Below, in pieces: positions 13,161 through 26,250 of a DNA stretch of 64,000 bases. Both the position numbers and the translations under genes were made by a program. The DNA comes from Ginglymostoma cirratum (Eukaryota). How positions within the stretch are numbered: the stretch's first letter is position 1; each line of letters starts with the position of its first letter. The notes under the pieces are model-generated. The model saw only the letters and a list, made by a program, of their open reading frames with translations. It was not told the origin of the DNA and ran no database searches. The stretch covers positions 3,389,275 to 3,453,274 of the forward strand of contig JAHRHZ010000043.1 in assembly GCA_024137785.1 (NCBI GenBank), written 5' to 3'.

Positions 13161-14194
13161 AATATTGATCAATAGGTTTTTTAAATGAAGATGATCAAGG
13201 TATATGGGGATTTGTTGTGTAAATGGCATTGAGGTAAAATATCAGCTCTCATCTTGTTGAATAGCAAGAGCGGGTTTGAGGGGCTGAATGGCCTACCCCT
13301 GCTCCTATTTCTTATGTCCTTATATTTTCACTAGCAATACACCGACACCAACATCCAGCAATGTTTCACCACATGGACTTGTGCTAATTCTTGTGTAAGT
13401 GATGACTCATAAACTCAAAGTATTTCACAAAGAGTAAACTGTGAGACAGAGAGTGTTTTATGTCTTGTGTCGGAGGTTATAAAGGCCTGAGGTAACTGGA
13501 TAAACGAATCTTTAACGGTATTGGTGAAAACCTGAGCATTATCAGAAGGTAATGATCTCAGGAAATTCAACAGTTCAACAGCAAAGAAAGAATGAAAGAT
13601 AGGATTAGTTACAATTCAGAAGGAGTGTGTATCTGTGATGGCTCCCTGCGCACTGGTGCCACTCGCCTGCCTTTTCACTGAAGTCCTGCAAGTATATGCT
13701 CCTCAGATAGTTATCCAAACTGCTTTGAAAGCCACAAGTGAATCTCCCTTCAATTCTCATGTAAGGAGTGAATGTTCCTGGGCAGGATGGAGGTGAAGAA
13801 GAGATGGTGAGGGGAGGGATCAGGTCTATAATGGTGCTTGGTGCCCCTGGAGGTGAGTGTAGGGACAATGCATTGCCTGACCTGAGATGTCACCTCTTGT
13901 ATTCCTTGATAAAACCTTTAATTATCTCGGGACAACAACTTGAGAGGAATCTAAATTTTGCACTTTAATCAGGTGTTCTCCTTCCTAATTGATTAAAGAT
14001 ACAACAAGAAGTGGCCAGTTTTAGGGCTGTTAACCTTTTGCTTATAAATTCTGAGTCTTACACCCTCTCTCTCACACTACATCTGAGGAAGGAGCTGAGC
14101 TCAGAGAGCTTGTGTTTTCAAATAAACCTATTGAACTACAACCTGGCGTTGTGTGAATTTTGATTTTGTTTTCCTCACTCAGCAATCATTGACT

Positions 14195-14475
14195 ATAGAA
14201 TTCCTTCTGTGCAGATAGAGACCATCTAGCCTGTACCAAACCCCCAAACAGTATCCCACCCATAGCCACACCCCCTCCCAACATCATATTTTCCATGGCT
14301 AACCCACCTAGCTTGCACATCCCTGGACTCTACAGGCAATTTAGCATGGTCAATCCATCTAACCCGCACATCTTTGGACTGTGAGAGGAAATCTACACAA
14401 TCACCTGAAGCTGGAATCAAACCCAGGTCCCTGGTGCTGTGAGGCAGCATTGCTAACCACTGAGCCACCATGATG
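14195..14475 (-). mobile_element. HE1-type SINE
   Basis: Reverse complement of the HE1 head (ctaaccactgagccacc). Confidence 0.8.
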
Positions 14476-14584
14476 CCCTTGTGGATGAGAAAAATAAATT
14501 AATCCTTTTGCCTCAAGACATTCTGAAGCATTTTACATCCAATTAAACACTTCTTTTTGAAGTGTGGTCTTTGTTATATTGAGT

Positions 14585-15385
14585 AGAGTCATAGAGCCAT
14601 TCAGCACAAAAACAGACCATTTGGTCCAACCAGTCCATGTCAACCACGTTTCCAAACTAAACTAGTCCCACTTGCCTCCACTTGGTCCATATCCCTCCAA
14701 ACCAAGAATTTATCCGAATATCTCTTAAACGTATCTACATCCAACACTTTCACTGGCAGTTCATTCCACATACAAACCACTTGGTGTTTAAAAAGTTGCC
14801 GCATGTCCTTTTTAAAATCTTTCTGCTCTCCCCTTAAAAATATGTCTCTTAGGTTTGAACTCCCCACCCTAGGGAAGATCCTTGTCATTCACCTATCTAT
14901 ACCCCTCATGATTTTATAAACTTTAATAAGGTCACCTCCTACAATCCAGTGAAAACAATCACAGGCTTTCCAGTCTATTTGTATATCTCAATCCCTCCAT
15001 TCCCAGCTTCATCCTGGTACATCTTTTCTGAACCAACTCTAGTTTACTAATATCCTTCTTATAACAGGGCAGTCAGAACTGCACACTGTACTCCGGAAGA
15101 GGCCTCACCAATGTCCTGGACAACCTCAACATGATGTCCTAACTCCTATACTCAAAGGTCTGAGCAGCGAAGGCAAGTGTGCTAAATGCCTTCTTACCCA
15201 CCCTGTCTACCTGTGATCCAACTTTCAAAGAATTATGCACCTGAACCCCGAGTTCTCTCTGTACTACAACATTCCGCAAGGCCCGACCGTTAAGTGTATA
15301 AATCCTGTCCTTGTTTGTTTTACCAAAATGCAATACCTCACATGTATCCAAATTAAACTCCATCTGTCACTTCTCAGCCCAATGT
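14585..15385 (-). mobile_element. CR1 LINE fragment
   Basis: Encodes MEFNLDTCEVLHFG...ELGVQVHNSLKV...WNELP. Confidence 0.85.
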
Positions 15386-16029
15386 AGAATCAGTCATTCA
15401 TGCACAGCAAGATCCCACAAATAGCAAGGAGGTAAATGAAGGGAAAACCTGGCAAAGCTGGGCGCGTGGGAAAAATGGTGCACGCTAACAAAATGTGGCT
15501 GAGGCGGTGGGTCATAGCAGCTCATTCCTGTTATTTGGATTGTATAAAGCATTGGGACATGTTGAAAGGTGAATCCACAAGAGTTTCTCACCTGATCTTC
15601 AGAGATTCAAATCTCACGTGGCCAATTCATGCACACAGGGTGTGACAAAGACCCACGTTTGCTGCAAAACAGACAATGCACCTGGCTTTGTGCTTTCTCC
15701 ATGTCTGCAAACTTCTGAAAGTTTCGGCCATATGGGGGAAGGGGATTAGCAGCTGTTCTTGCTAGTGTATCAGAGTACAGACCCAGGTTCAGTGTGGATC
15801 GATCAAAGACTGGACTTAGGAATAACGACCAAAAGAACACCAATTGTTGTGAATCAGGAACAAAAACCGAACCTGTTGGAAAAGCTAACAGCTTTAGTTA
15901 ACATTAACGTTTCCAGTCTGGTGACCCTTCCTCAGAATGGATCCAAAACATTAACTGTGATTTTTTTTCTTCACAGATGCTGCCAGATCTGCTGAGCTTT
16001 TCCAGCAACTTTGTTTTGTTCTGGAATTA

Positions 16030-16540
16030 GGAATATTGTGAGCAGTTTTTGGGCCCAGTATCTAAGGAAGGATGTGCTGGTGTCGGGGGCGGGAGGGTGG
16101 GAAGCGGGGAGGAGGGGGGTGTTTCCAGAGGAGGTTTACAAGAATCCCAGGCATAAAGGGATTGTCATATAAGGAGCGATTGAGGACTCTGGGTCTGTAT
16201 TCGATGGAATTTAGAAGGATGAGGGGGGATCTCATCAAAACTTACAGAATACTGAGAGGCCTGGTTAGAGTGGATGTGGAGATGTTTCCACAAGTAGGAG
16301 AGACTAGAACCCAAGGGCACAGCCTCAGGGTGAAATACAACTGAGATAAGGAGGGCTGCGGAGGCCAAGTCATTAAGTGTCTTTAAGCCAGAGATGGATA
16401 GATCCTTGATTCGTAAGGGGATCAAGAGTTATAGGAAGGCAGCAGGAGCATGGGGTTGAGAAACATAACAGCCCAGATCGAATGTAGAGCAGATTCGGTG
16501 GGCTGAATGGCCAAATTCTGCTCCTATTTCTTATGGACTG
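16030..16540 (+). mobile_element. CR1 LINE 3' fragment
   Basis: Encodes LSYKERLRTLGLYSMEFRRMRGDLI. Confidence 0.85.
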
Positions 16541-16769
16541 TGCTGAAATGCCATGAAATGACTGCTGCCAATTTTCCGACCAACAGAATGACCAGTCTTG
16601 TGGTCACCTCCAGTTTGAATCCAGGTCTGACCAGCTCAAAGCCAGATTACACCAGTAGATCTTGGTAGGTTTTATTGGTTCCATACTGGTTCTTGCGGGT
16701 TTCTCCTCTGGGGTCTTAAGACAGGAGTGAGTTATTTTCCAACAATTTTAACATAAAAGTTATACAAAA

Positions 16770-17105
16770 ACATAGAACATAGAACATAGAACAGTACAGC
16801 ACAGTACAGGCGCTTCGGCCCACGGTGTCATGCTGACCTATTATCCTACCCTAAGATCAATCTACCCTGCATACTTTACATTTTACTATCCTCCATGTGC
16901 CTATCCAAGAGTCGCTTAAATGTCTCTAAAGTATCTGACTCCACTACCACAGCCGGCAGCGCATTCCACATACCCACCACTCTGTGTGAAGAACCTACCT
17001 CTGACATCTCCCCTATACCTTCCTCCAATCACCTTAAAATCATGCCCCCTTGTAATAGGCATTTCCGCCCTGGGGAGAAGTCTCTGACTGTCCACTCTAT
17101 GATCA
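16770..17105 (-). mobile_element. CR1 LINE 3' end
   Basis: (acataga)n tail; encodes TRGHDFKVIGGRYRGDVR. Confidence 0.85.
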
Positions 17106-18149
17106 CTTTTATCCAATGGCTATTTCCAGAAGGGACAGAAATCAAAGGCAAGCTGAGCAGGGCACCGATTGACCCATAGTCATTGCCCAAATATCAGTGG
17201 CACCTTGTTCGTATCACTGGCACAGAAGACTGTCTTCATATTGAGAACAGCAAGAATCACAGACATTACTACAGAGAGCAGGCCATTCAGCCTATTGCGC
17301 CTACATTAGCTTTTTGAACGAGCTCTCCAATTATTCAGTGTTGCCTCTACTGTTTCCATCGCCGATCAAATTATTTTCTTTTGCAGCTGTTTAATGAATT
17401 CCCTTTTGAAAGTTATGACTGAATCTGCTTCCACCACCCTCTCAGGTGTGTGTTCAAGCCCATGAGAACTTGCTGCAGCAAAGGGTCTTCACATCTTCCC
17501 TCCCACCAACTACTCATGTTAGCCACTTCCTTTAATTCTCTAGAAACTGACGATCAGGCTATTGGAAACAGTTTCACTCACAACATCTCATAACTTTGAG
17601 CTTTTTTAATGAATCTCCTGTTTACATTCTGTGCTCTAACAAGAGGCAACCCCAGTTTCTCCATCTCTGCACAGTAATAAAATCCTCCATCCACGGACAT
17701 GTAAGTAAATCTCTCCCATGCCCCTCCCTGAGGCCTGATATCCTTCCTAAAGGAGAAGTCCAGAAATAGCTGCACTACAGCTGAGGTCCAACCAGTGACT
17801 TCAAAATACTGAATACAACTTCTTTGTTTCTGATTTCCTTTCCGCAATTAATGAAACCAGGGATCCAAAATACATTTTAAACAGCTTTCTCAATTTGTTC
17901 AGTCACACTCAAAGTCATGCTGATGGGATCCTCCAGTTCCTGCACCTGCCTTAAGATTGGGCCATTTAATTTTTATTACCTCCGCCTAATTTTCAAACAT
18001 ATTAATAAACAGCAGTAATAGGCCATTCAGCCTCTCAAGTCTGCTGCGTCATTCAGTAAGATGCAGCTGATCTGAAAACATAACATTCCTGATAATCTCT
18101 TGTGCATTGGGAACTCCTGCTCTGCACCCCAATTTCCACACTCACTAAC

Positions 18150-18455
18150 GTACACACACACCCACCCACCCCGCCCCCCCCACACACACACCCACCCACC
18201 TACCCACCCCACACGCACCCCCCACCCCACACGCATCCCCCCATACACACACACACGCACCCCCCACCCCACGCGCACACCCCCACACACACACACGCAC
18301 CCCACACCCCACGTGCACCCCCCACACACACGCACTCCCCCACCCCACGCACCCCCCATACACACATGCTCCCCAACACACACGCACCCCCCCACACACC
18401 CACACCCACACCCCCACACACTGAACCACCTCCCCCACAGACACACACTCCCCAT
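18150..18455. repeat. C/A-rich low-complexity (CA)n/(CCCA)n tract
   Basis: Degenerate cacac/cccc repeats. Confidence 0.9.
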
Positions 18456-19409
18456 CCCAAAGTACATCTCATCACTTTCCAACGAGGTTGTGGGAGAGGG
18501 ATGGCCTAACACAACCAGTTAAAACACATTTGTAATCACTCTTTTAAAAAAATGCCACAAGATTATTTTGGTAAGTGAACTCTAGTGACTTAATCAGGAG
18601 CTGGGAGACTTTATGTAAAAGCTGGTACAGTACTCTCTCTCTCTCTTATACACGAAGCTAAAATTCCCCCATTGTAATCTGTGTTTTTTTGCAAAGGACT
18701 CCAGGAAGTTCTCTCATTATCTTGTGTTTTGATCTCACTTTTCTTCAGCTGCAGTCATTATTGAATCAGTGAAGAGTGTACACCAGCTCTTGCACATAAT
18801 TGGCCTGAAAGCCAAGCTAACCCTGTTGCTAAGCTGATTTCATTGGCGCTGCTGTTCAATGGTTCACCTGATTGGAGCTTTTTAAGGTCCCATTCTCTCG
18901 CCTGTCCCTTTAAACCTCAATGATGTTTAAATAGGGCTCATCAGCTTCCTGCCACCTGCGACTTGTTAAAAAATGTTTAAATAAGTCATGTTAGCGTCTC
19001 AGTGAGCAGTACAACGTGTTCTGTGGTTTTAGTTCTTTTTTGCAAATGCACCAGAGACCTCACTGGCTTGACTGCTGTGACAGGAAGCTCATCACCACCT
19101 TCCCCCTCTGCCACCCCAACCGTAACACCCTCCCCTCAAACACAGCCTTTGTTGCTTGCCATTTCATAGCATTAACCCTTGGCTAACCCGGAGTCTCAGA
19201 AATTTCCTCAAAGCCTAAACCTCAGCAGTTACAAAGCTGGGACCAGGAAAGGAAAGGAAAGCAAAACTTGCATTTATAATATTAAAATAAAACAAAGAAC
19301 TGTGGGCGCTGAAATAAAAGCAGAAATTGCTGGAGAATCTTGACGGGTCTGGCCGGATCTGTGGAGAGAAAGCAACAGCTAACGTTTGAATTCGACAGCA
19401 ACTTCTGTC

Positions 19410-19700
19410 TTTGCATTTACATAGCGTCTTTCACATCCCCCATGTCACTCAAAAGCAGTTTAGAGCCAATGGAGTGTTTCTGAAGTTGTAATGTGGCAAG
19501 CACTGGAGCCAATGGCACACAGCAAGATCCCATACACAGCAATTTGATTCAGTGATATTGGCTGACGGATGGATATTGACCAGGGTCCTGTTCTGAAACA
19601 GTGGCCACACGACCTTACTTACCCACCTGAGTGGGCAGACAGGGTCTCAGAGGACAGTGCCACTGACAGTGTAGCAGCCTCTCAGGACTGCAACTGGGAG
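19410..19700 (-). mobile_element. Deu-type (SacSINE1-like) SINE fragment
   Basis: ttgcatttacatagcgtctttcac...gccaat...cacagcaagatcccatacacagc. Related pieces near 2655-2800, 30320-30720, 30865-31015, 38330-38470 and 39715-39790. Confidence 0.55.
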
Positions 19701-20589
19701 TCTTTTTTTATAATTAATTCGATCATGGGGAGTGCGTGTTGTTGCTGGCTGGGCAAACATTTGTTACCCATCTCTAATTACCCTTGAGAAGGTGAGGCCC
19801 CATCTTGAACATGGCTGAGTCGCTGGTGGGGGGGGAGGGGGTCACCTCAAAGGCCAGTTAGGAGTTAAATGTCACTCTGGGTTTGGAGTCACATATAGAA
19901 CCAGATGAGGTAAGGATGATAGATTTCCTTCCTTAGAGGGCATTAATAAACCAAAAGCAGCTTTCCAACAATTTCAGCAGTTTTGTATGCATTATTACAG
20001 ACATTGGCTTTTGTACAGCCAATTTATTTATAGCTAAATCTCGCCGATTAAACTTGTTTCTTTCACTGCACCTTCCCTTTTATTCCCCTGCACCTGAATA
20101 AGTGCCTGTACCCCAGTCTACAGTCACACTCTCCATCTACACCGACACCTGTCGGATAAGGAGAAAGGCTGAAACCTTGCAGCACCAGAGACCCCTTCAC
20201 TTGTCTGATTCCTATTTACACCCACCTGTCCCTGACCACTAACTAAACCTGAATCACTACCTAACTGGAGGCATCACCAGCTTAGCCCTTCACTCCCAAC
20301 ACCTCACCCCTATCTATAGCTCAGACTCCGGCTCCGGCTCAACAACTTTGCTCTGTCCAATCAGAATCAATCTGCGCAGCTACAATTTACGGAAAATCTG
20401 GCTGTGAACTGTCAATCTGCATTAATGGGTGCATTCTGCCTAGCGATGCCTCTATCAAACAAAGTTGACTAAGTAACCAATCAGTAACTTCTCATGTGAT
20501 ATAAATGTTGGTTTTCTTCTTGAATTGGTTTTCCGGCAAATCATCCTGATCATGGTGGCAAAGAAAGATTTAATAAAGTGGTTCTCAAT

Positions 20590-21030
20590 GTGGACTTCAC
20601 AAGCTTCAAAATCTCCCTGCCCCTGACCGCATCCCAAAACCAGCCCAGCTCATCCCCGCCTCCCTGACCTGTCCATCATTTCCCCCACCTATCCACTCGT
20701 CCCATGTCAACCCCCACCCCCACCTCCTACCTACCAGCCTCATCCCCGCCCCCTTGACCTGTCCATCTTCCCTTGACTGACCAACCCCCACCCTAACTCC
20801 CCACCTACACTCACCTTTACTGGCTCCATCCCCGTCTCCTTCACCTATCTGTCTCCTCTCCACCTATCTTTTCCTTTATCTACCCGCCTCCCTCTCTCTC
20901 TCTATTTATTTCAGAATCCCCTTCCCCTCCTCCATTTCTGAAGAATGGTCCAGACCCGAAAAGTCAGCTTTCCTGCTCCTCTGATGCTGCTCGGCCTGTT
21001 GTGTTCATCCAGCTCGACACCTTGTTACTT
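20590..21030 (+). mobile_element. Penelope 3' fragment (family A), nested in an older Penelope-like terminus (~20040-20585)
   Basis: NVDFTSFKISP-like ORF end, C-rich UTR, ctgaagaa...ccgaaaag tail. Confidence 0.75.
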
Positions 21031-21720
21031 TTGATAAAGTGTGTCTCTTTTACAGCTAGATTCAACAATTTGAATGAATTAAAATGAAAAACCCTGCTTT
21101 CCTTAGCTGATCTTAGTTGGTATGTGGCTCCATCACTAGAAAACTACTATTAAAAGCTGCAGAAGGAGCTTAAGACATTAATTGCATCGAACAACTGGGT
21201 ACAGTGGCTAAAGAAGGGAGCACATTACCACCCTTGAAGAATAATTAAGAACGGGTAATAAATGCTGGCCATGACATCCTGGGAATAAATTGGAATGAAC
21301 TGATCAAAGCATGATCAGACAGAAGACACACTCAACCAACAACATCTTGCATTTACTCCTATTTTCATAAACAAGCTATTCAGTGATATTATTACTCATT
21401 TGTGGAGTGGATGGGAATCCTGTTTAACCATCATCTGCAGTGCTCATTGACCCATGTTAAGCTCCTTATCTGGCAATGATTCAGTTCTAAAATCTTAGAA
21501 CACTACACAATCTCTGCAATCTCTTCCAAACCTACAGCATCTCTGTTTTACTTTGCTCCTGGCTCCTCGTACAAACCAGATTTCCATCCCTTGGCCAATG
21601 GTGACCATGCCTTCCGCTGTCTGGACATCAGACCTAGAGATGCCCCCCTCCCTACTAAACCTCTCCCCCACTCCCTCTCTCCCTCTCAACTTAAAACTGA
21701 TGTCTTTGACCTTCCCAAAC

Positions 21721-23457
21721 TTTCCCAAAATCTACAAACCTGACCGCCCCAGCAGACCCATTGTCTCTGCCTGCTCCTGCCCTAATGAACTCATCTCCAC
21801 TTACCTTGACTTTGTTTTCTCCCCCTGGTTCAGGAACTCCCCACCTATGTCCAGGACACCACCCAAGCCCTCCACCACCTCCAACACTTCCAATTCCCTG
21901 GCCCCCAATGCCTCATCTTCACAATGGACACCCAGTCCCTATACACTTGCATTCCCCACGTGGATGGCCTAAAAGCCCCCCGCTTCATCCTCTCCCGCAA
22001 GCCCAACCAGCCCCCCTCCACCGACACCCTCATCTGCCTTTAACTGAACTCGTCCTCACCCTCAACAACTTCCCCTTCAACTCCTCCCACTTCCTACAGA
22101 CTAAGGGGGTGGCTATGGGCACCCGCATGGGCCCAAGCTATGCCTGCCCCTTTGTAGGTTACGTGGAACGGTTCCTTTTCTGCTGTTACACTGGTCCTAT
22201 CCCCCACCTCCTATGATGCTGCTTGGCCTGTTGTGTTCATCCAGCTCCACACCTTGTTATCTCATCTATTTCAAGCCGACTGACTCCCACAGCTACCTAG
22301 AATACAGCTCCTCTCACCCACCTTCCTGCAAGAATGCGATCCCCTCCTCCCAATCCCTCCACCTCCGCCGTTTCTGCTCCCAAGATGGGGCATTGCACTC
22401 CCGAACATCCCAGATGTCCTCATATTTCAAGGATTGCAATATCCCCCCTTTGGTGGTCGAAAACGCCCTAGACCGCATCTCTTGCGTTTCCCACACCTCT
22501 GCCCTCACATCCCCTTCCCCCAACAAAAATAAAGGCAGAATCCCCCTTGTCCTAACATATCACCCCACCAACATCCCCATCCAGTGTATCATTCTCCGCC
22601 ACTTGTGCCACCTACAATCCGACCCCACAACCAAAGAGATATTTCCCTCCCCACCCCTCTCTGCCTTCCGTAGGGGCTGCCCTCTCCACGACTGCTTCAT
22701 CTGCTCCATATTCCCCTCTACCCCACCACCCCCGGCACCTTTCCCTGCAACCGCAGGAGGTGCTACACCTGCCCCTACACCTCCTCCCTCACCTCCATCC
22801 AAGGCATCAAACAAACCTTCCACATCTGACATCTTAACCTGCACATCAATCAACTTGGTCTACTGCGTCCGCTGTTCCCGATGTGGCCTCCTCTACATCG
22901 GCGAGACCAAGCGGAGGCTCAGAGACCACTTTGTAGAGCATCTGCGCTCTGTTTGCGACAAATGACAACACCTCCCAGTTCCAAGCCATTTTAACTCCCT
23001 CTCCCACTCCCTGGGTGACATGTCCATCCTGGGCCTCCTCCACAATGGTACCACCCACAAACTGAAGGAGCAGCACCTCATATTCCGCCTCGGGAGCCTA
23101 CAGCCCAATGGCCTAAACGTGGAATTCACCAGTTTTAAAATCTCCCTCCCGCCCCGGCCTCATCCCAAGACCAACCCTCCCTCTCATCCCCACCTCCTTG
23201 ACCTGACACAACCTGTCCATCTTCTCTGCCACCTATCCGCCCCTCCCACCTCACTGACCAATCCCCACCACTGCCTACCTGCACTCACCTATCACCATCC
23301 CACCTACCTTCCCCAGCGCCACCCCTCCTCTCTCTATTTATTTCCCAGCTCCCTTCCCCCTCCCCCATTTCTGAAGAAGAGAATTGACCCAAAACTTCAG
23401 CTTTCCTGCTCCTCTGCTGCTGCCTGACCAGCTGTGTTCCTCCAGCTCCACACTGTT
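21721..23457 (+). mobile_element. Penelope-like retroelement (RT + GIY-YIG), decayed
   Basis: PKIYKPDRPSRPIVS, QTKGVAMGTRMGPSYA, YFKPTDSHSYL, YCVRCSRCGLLYIGETKRRL, EQHLIFRLGSLQPNGLNVEF. Frameshifts and an internal deletion are present. Confidence 0.92.
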
Positions 23458-24067
23458 TCACCGTGGACCAATTGTTTTAGTCACTTGTCTCTGCATTTCC
23501 CATGTGGCTCAGTGTCAGACATTGTTTGATCATGTTCCCGTGAATGGTTTGGGATGTTTAGCTGAAGGCATGGTCACCAATGGCCAAGGGATGGAAATCT
23601 GGGTTGCACAAAGATCCAGGTCTGGGGATGCCGTGGGTTGGAGGAGATTAGAGATTGCTTAGTGTTGTGAGATTTTAAATCATTTCCAGATATGTAGCTA
23701 ATATGAGTCAATGAGCACAGTAGGCGGTGGTTAAACAGGACTAAGAGTGCCTTCTACACCCACTGTCCCTGAGTAATATGGAACAACTAGGTACTTTCAC
23801 GGTGTAAGATAACAAAGTGAGTAGGTCTGATCATGCTGATTTGTAAACTGGTGCCTACGAAGCTGGTGATTGATCATCTCCTGCTCATGCAGATAAATGC
23901 TGACTGAAAGTAGAGGCACAGATTGGCATTACACTTGTCCCAATAGCAGCACCTTATTCCCATACACTGAGCACAATAAGAGGCCATTTGGCCCATTTGT
24001 TCTGTGCTGCAGTTTGTGCAGTACACGAGCCTCCTCCCACCTCTCTACATCACACCCTCTGACTTTA

Positions 24068-24375
24068 TCATAGAATCCCTACAGTGTGGAAACACGCCTT
24101 TCGGCCCAACAAGCCCATATCGACACTCAGAGCATCCCACCCAGACCCACCCCCTATAACCCACCTAATCTATCTATCTCTGAACACTACGGGCAATTTA
24201 GCATGGCCAATCCACCTAGCCTGCACATCTTTGGACTGTGGGAGGAAACCGGAGCACCTGGAGGAAACCCATGCAGACACAGGGAGAATGTGCAAACTCC
24301 ACACAGACAGTCACCCGAGGGTGGAATTGGACCCGGGTCCCTGGCGCTGTGAGGCAGCAGCGCTAACCACTGCCC
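24068..24375 (-). mobile_element. HE1-type SINE (well preserved)
   Basis: Full V-domain and tail. Confidence 0.88.
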
Positions 24376-24634
24376 ATCTTCCCTCAGCCAGCTTGCCCTG
24401 ACATGTGTTGATCCTATTGTTTGCAGGCACTCCCTGTGGTAATGAGTTCCCCATTCTCACTCATTTCTGGGTTAAAGGTTTTTGCTCTGAATTACTGAAC
24501 TTTTTTATAGTATTCAGAAATGCTCCCACACACAACTGAACAGCTATTTTCCCTATCACCAAATCACCCAATTGTGTGTTTTCTAGTTCACTAGTTTACA
24601 CGCAAAGCTCATTAAACATAGAACATAGAAAGAA

Positions 24635-24706
24635 AGCAGAGTGGTGCAACCGGAGCATGCTGGGCCAATAACTCAGAGGTCGAGTGATTGAGGTCATCCT
24701 CTGTTA
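24635..24706 (+). pseudogene. Initiator tRNA-Met pseudogene
   Basis: agcagagtggtgcaaccggagcatgctgggccAATaactcagaggtcgagtgattgaggtcatcctctgtta matches the 72-nt iMet tRNA. The anticodon CAT is changed to AAT and the T-loop/B box is degraded. Confidence 0.85.
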
Positions 24707-24944
24707 TTTACATTAACAAAGCAGTAAAAACGGGAGCCATGGTGGCTCAGTGGTTAGCACTGCTGCCTCACAGCACCAAGGACCCAGGTTCAATTCCACC
24801 CTTGGGTGACAACCTGTGTGGAGTTTGTACATTCTCCCTGTGTCTGTGTGAGTTTGCTCCCACAGTCCAAAGATGCACAGGCTAGGTGGATTGGCCATGC
24901 ATAATTACCCTGTAGTGTTCAGGGATGTACAGGTTAGGTGTATC

Positions 24945-25660
24945 AGAGATAAAAGGTACTGCAGATGCTGGAGAATCTGAGATAACAAGCATGGGGCTGG
25001 ATGAACACAGCAGGTCAAGCAGCATCATAGGAGCAGGAAAACTTGACGTTTCGGGCCTAAACCCTTCATCAGAAATGGGGGAGGGGAAGAGGGTTCTGAA
25101 ATAGAGAGGGGGAGGCGGATAGAGGATGGATAGAGGAGAGGATAGGTGGAGAGGAAGCAGACAAGTCGAAGGGGCAGGGATGGAGCCAGTAAAGGTGAGT
25201 GTAGGTAGGGGGGTAGGGAGGAGATGGGTCAGTCCAGGGAGGATGGACAGGTCAAGGGGGCGGGATGATGTTAGTAGATAGGAGATGGGGGTGTGGCTTG
25301 GGGTGAGAGGAAAAACAGGTTAGGGAGGTGGAGATGAGCTGGGCTGGTTTTGGGATGCGGTTGGGGGAGGGGAGATTTTGAAGCTTGTGAAATCCACATT
25401 GATGCCACTGGGCTGCAGGGTTCCCAGGCTGAATATGATTTGCTGTTCCTGCAGCCTTCGGGTGGCATCACTGTGGCATTGTAGGAGGCTAAGGATGGAC
25501 ATGTCATCTGAGGAATGGGAAGGGGAGTTGAAATGGTTCGCGACTGGGAGGTGCAGTTGTTTGTTGCGAACTGAGCGCAGGTGTTCTGCAAAGCGGTCCC
25601 CAAGCCTCCGCTTGGTTTCCCCGATGTAGAGGAAGCCACAACGGGTGCAGCGGATGCAGT
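24945..25660 (-). mobile_element. Penelope 3' portion inserted into an HE1 SINE (24733-24945 / 25661-25760)
   Basis: GIY-YIG end (YIGETKRRLGDRFAEHLRSV; EQQIIFSLGTLQPSGINVDF). The SINE resumes after the insertion. Confidence 0.88.
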
Positions 25661-25939
25661 AAGAAATACAGGGTAGGGGGATGGGCCTGGGTGGGTTGCT
25701 CTTCAGAGGATCAATGTGAATTGTTTGGCCAAATGGCCTGTTTCCACACTCTATAGATTCCAGGAACAGACCATAGAACTATATGGTACAGGAATGGGCC
25801 CTTTGGCCTATGACATTGTGCCAAACAGGACACCATTGGTCCATATCCCCCCATTCCTTGGTTATTCATGTGCTTATCTAAAAGTCCCTTAAACACCCTT
25901 ATCATATCCTCTTCCTCCACCACCACTCCTGGTAGTGTT

Positions 25940-26250
25940 GAGGCTGGTTTGCTGTTACAGTGCTTGGTAGCAGTGTCGGTGTGTTTTCCCACCTGGTTTT
26001 TAAACTCTGGGGTCCGTTACGATGGATTGCCTCACTTCCGAGTTTCCTTTGTAGTGGAATGTATATGGGGTCGAGTTCAATGTCCAATGGACCCCGAGTT
26101 TAAAAACCAGGTGGGAAAACACACCGACGCTTCATCAGAGGATGTTACCCAGCACGGTAATGAAACGTCTGTGGAACAACAAACCAGCTCGGCGAGCCAA
26201 CCAACCTCAACATCCGCAACCCGAGCTACAAATCTACTCCAAAACCTTAG
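25940..26250. mobile_element. Short inverted Penelope element (family C) inserted into a CR1
   Basis: Minus strand encodes IELDPIYIPL (Penelope ORF end). 41-bp inverted repeat 25975-26015/26089-26128, flanked by actcct(g/a)gtagtg direct repeats. Confidence 0.7.

Noticed and set aside
18027-18522. His/Pro/Thr-rich ORFs in several frames
   Set aside because: Low-complexity CA/C tract.
22213-22965. 250-aa ORF as a cellular gene
   Set aside because: It is the Penelope thumb/GIY-YIG region, fused to terminus sequence and frameshifted.
24635-24706. Functional tRNA with an AAT (Ile) anticodon
   Set aside because: The iMet body has multiple stem mismatches and a degraded B box, so it is a pseudogene.
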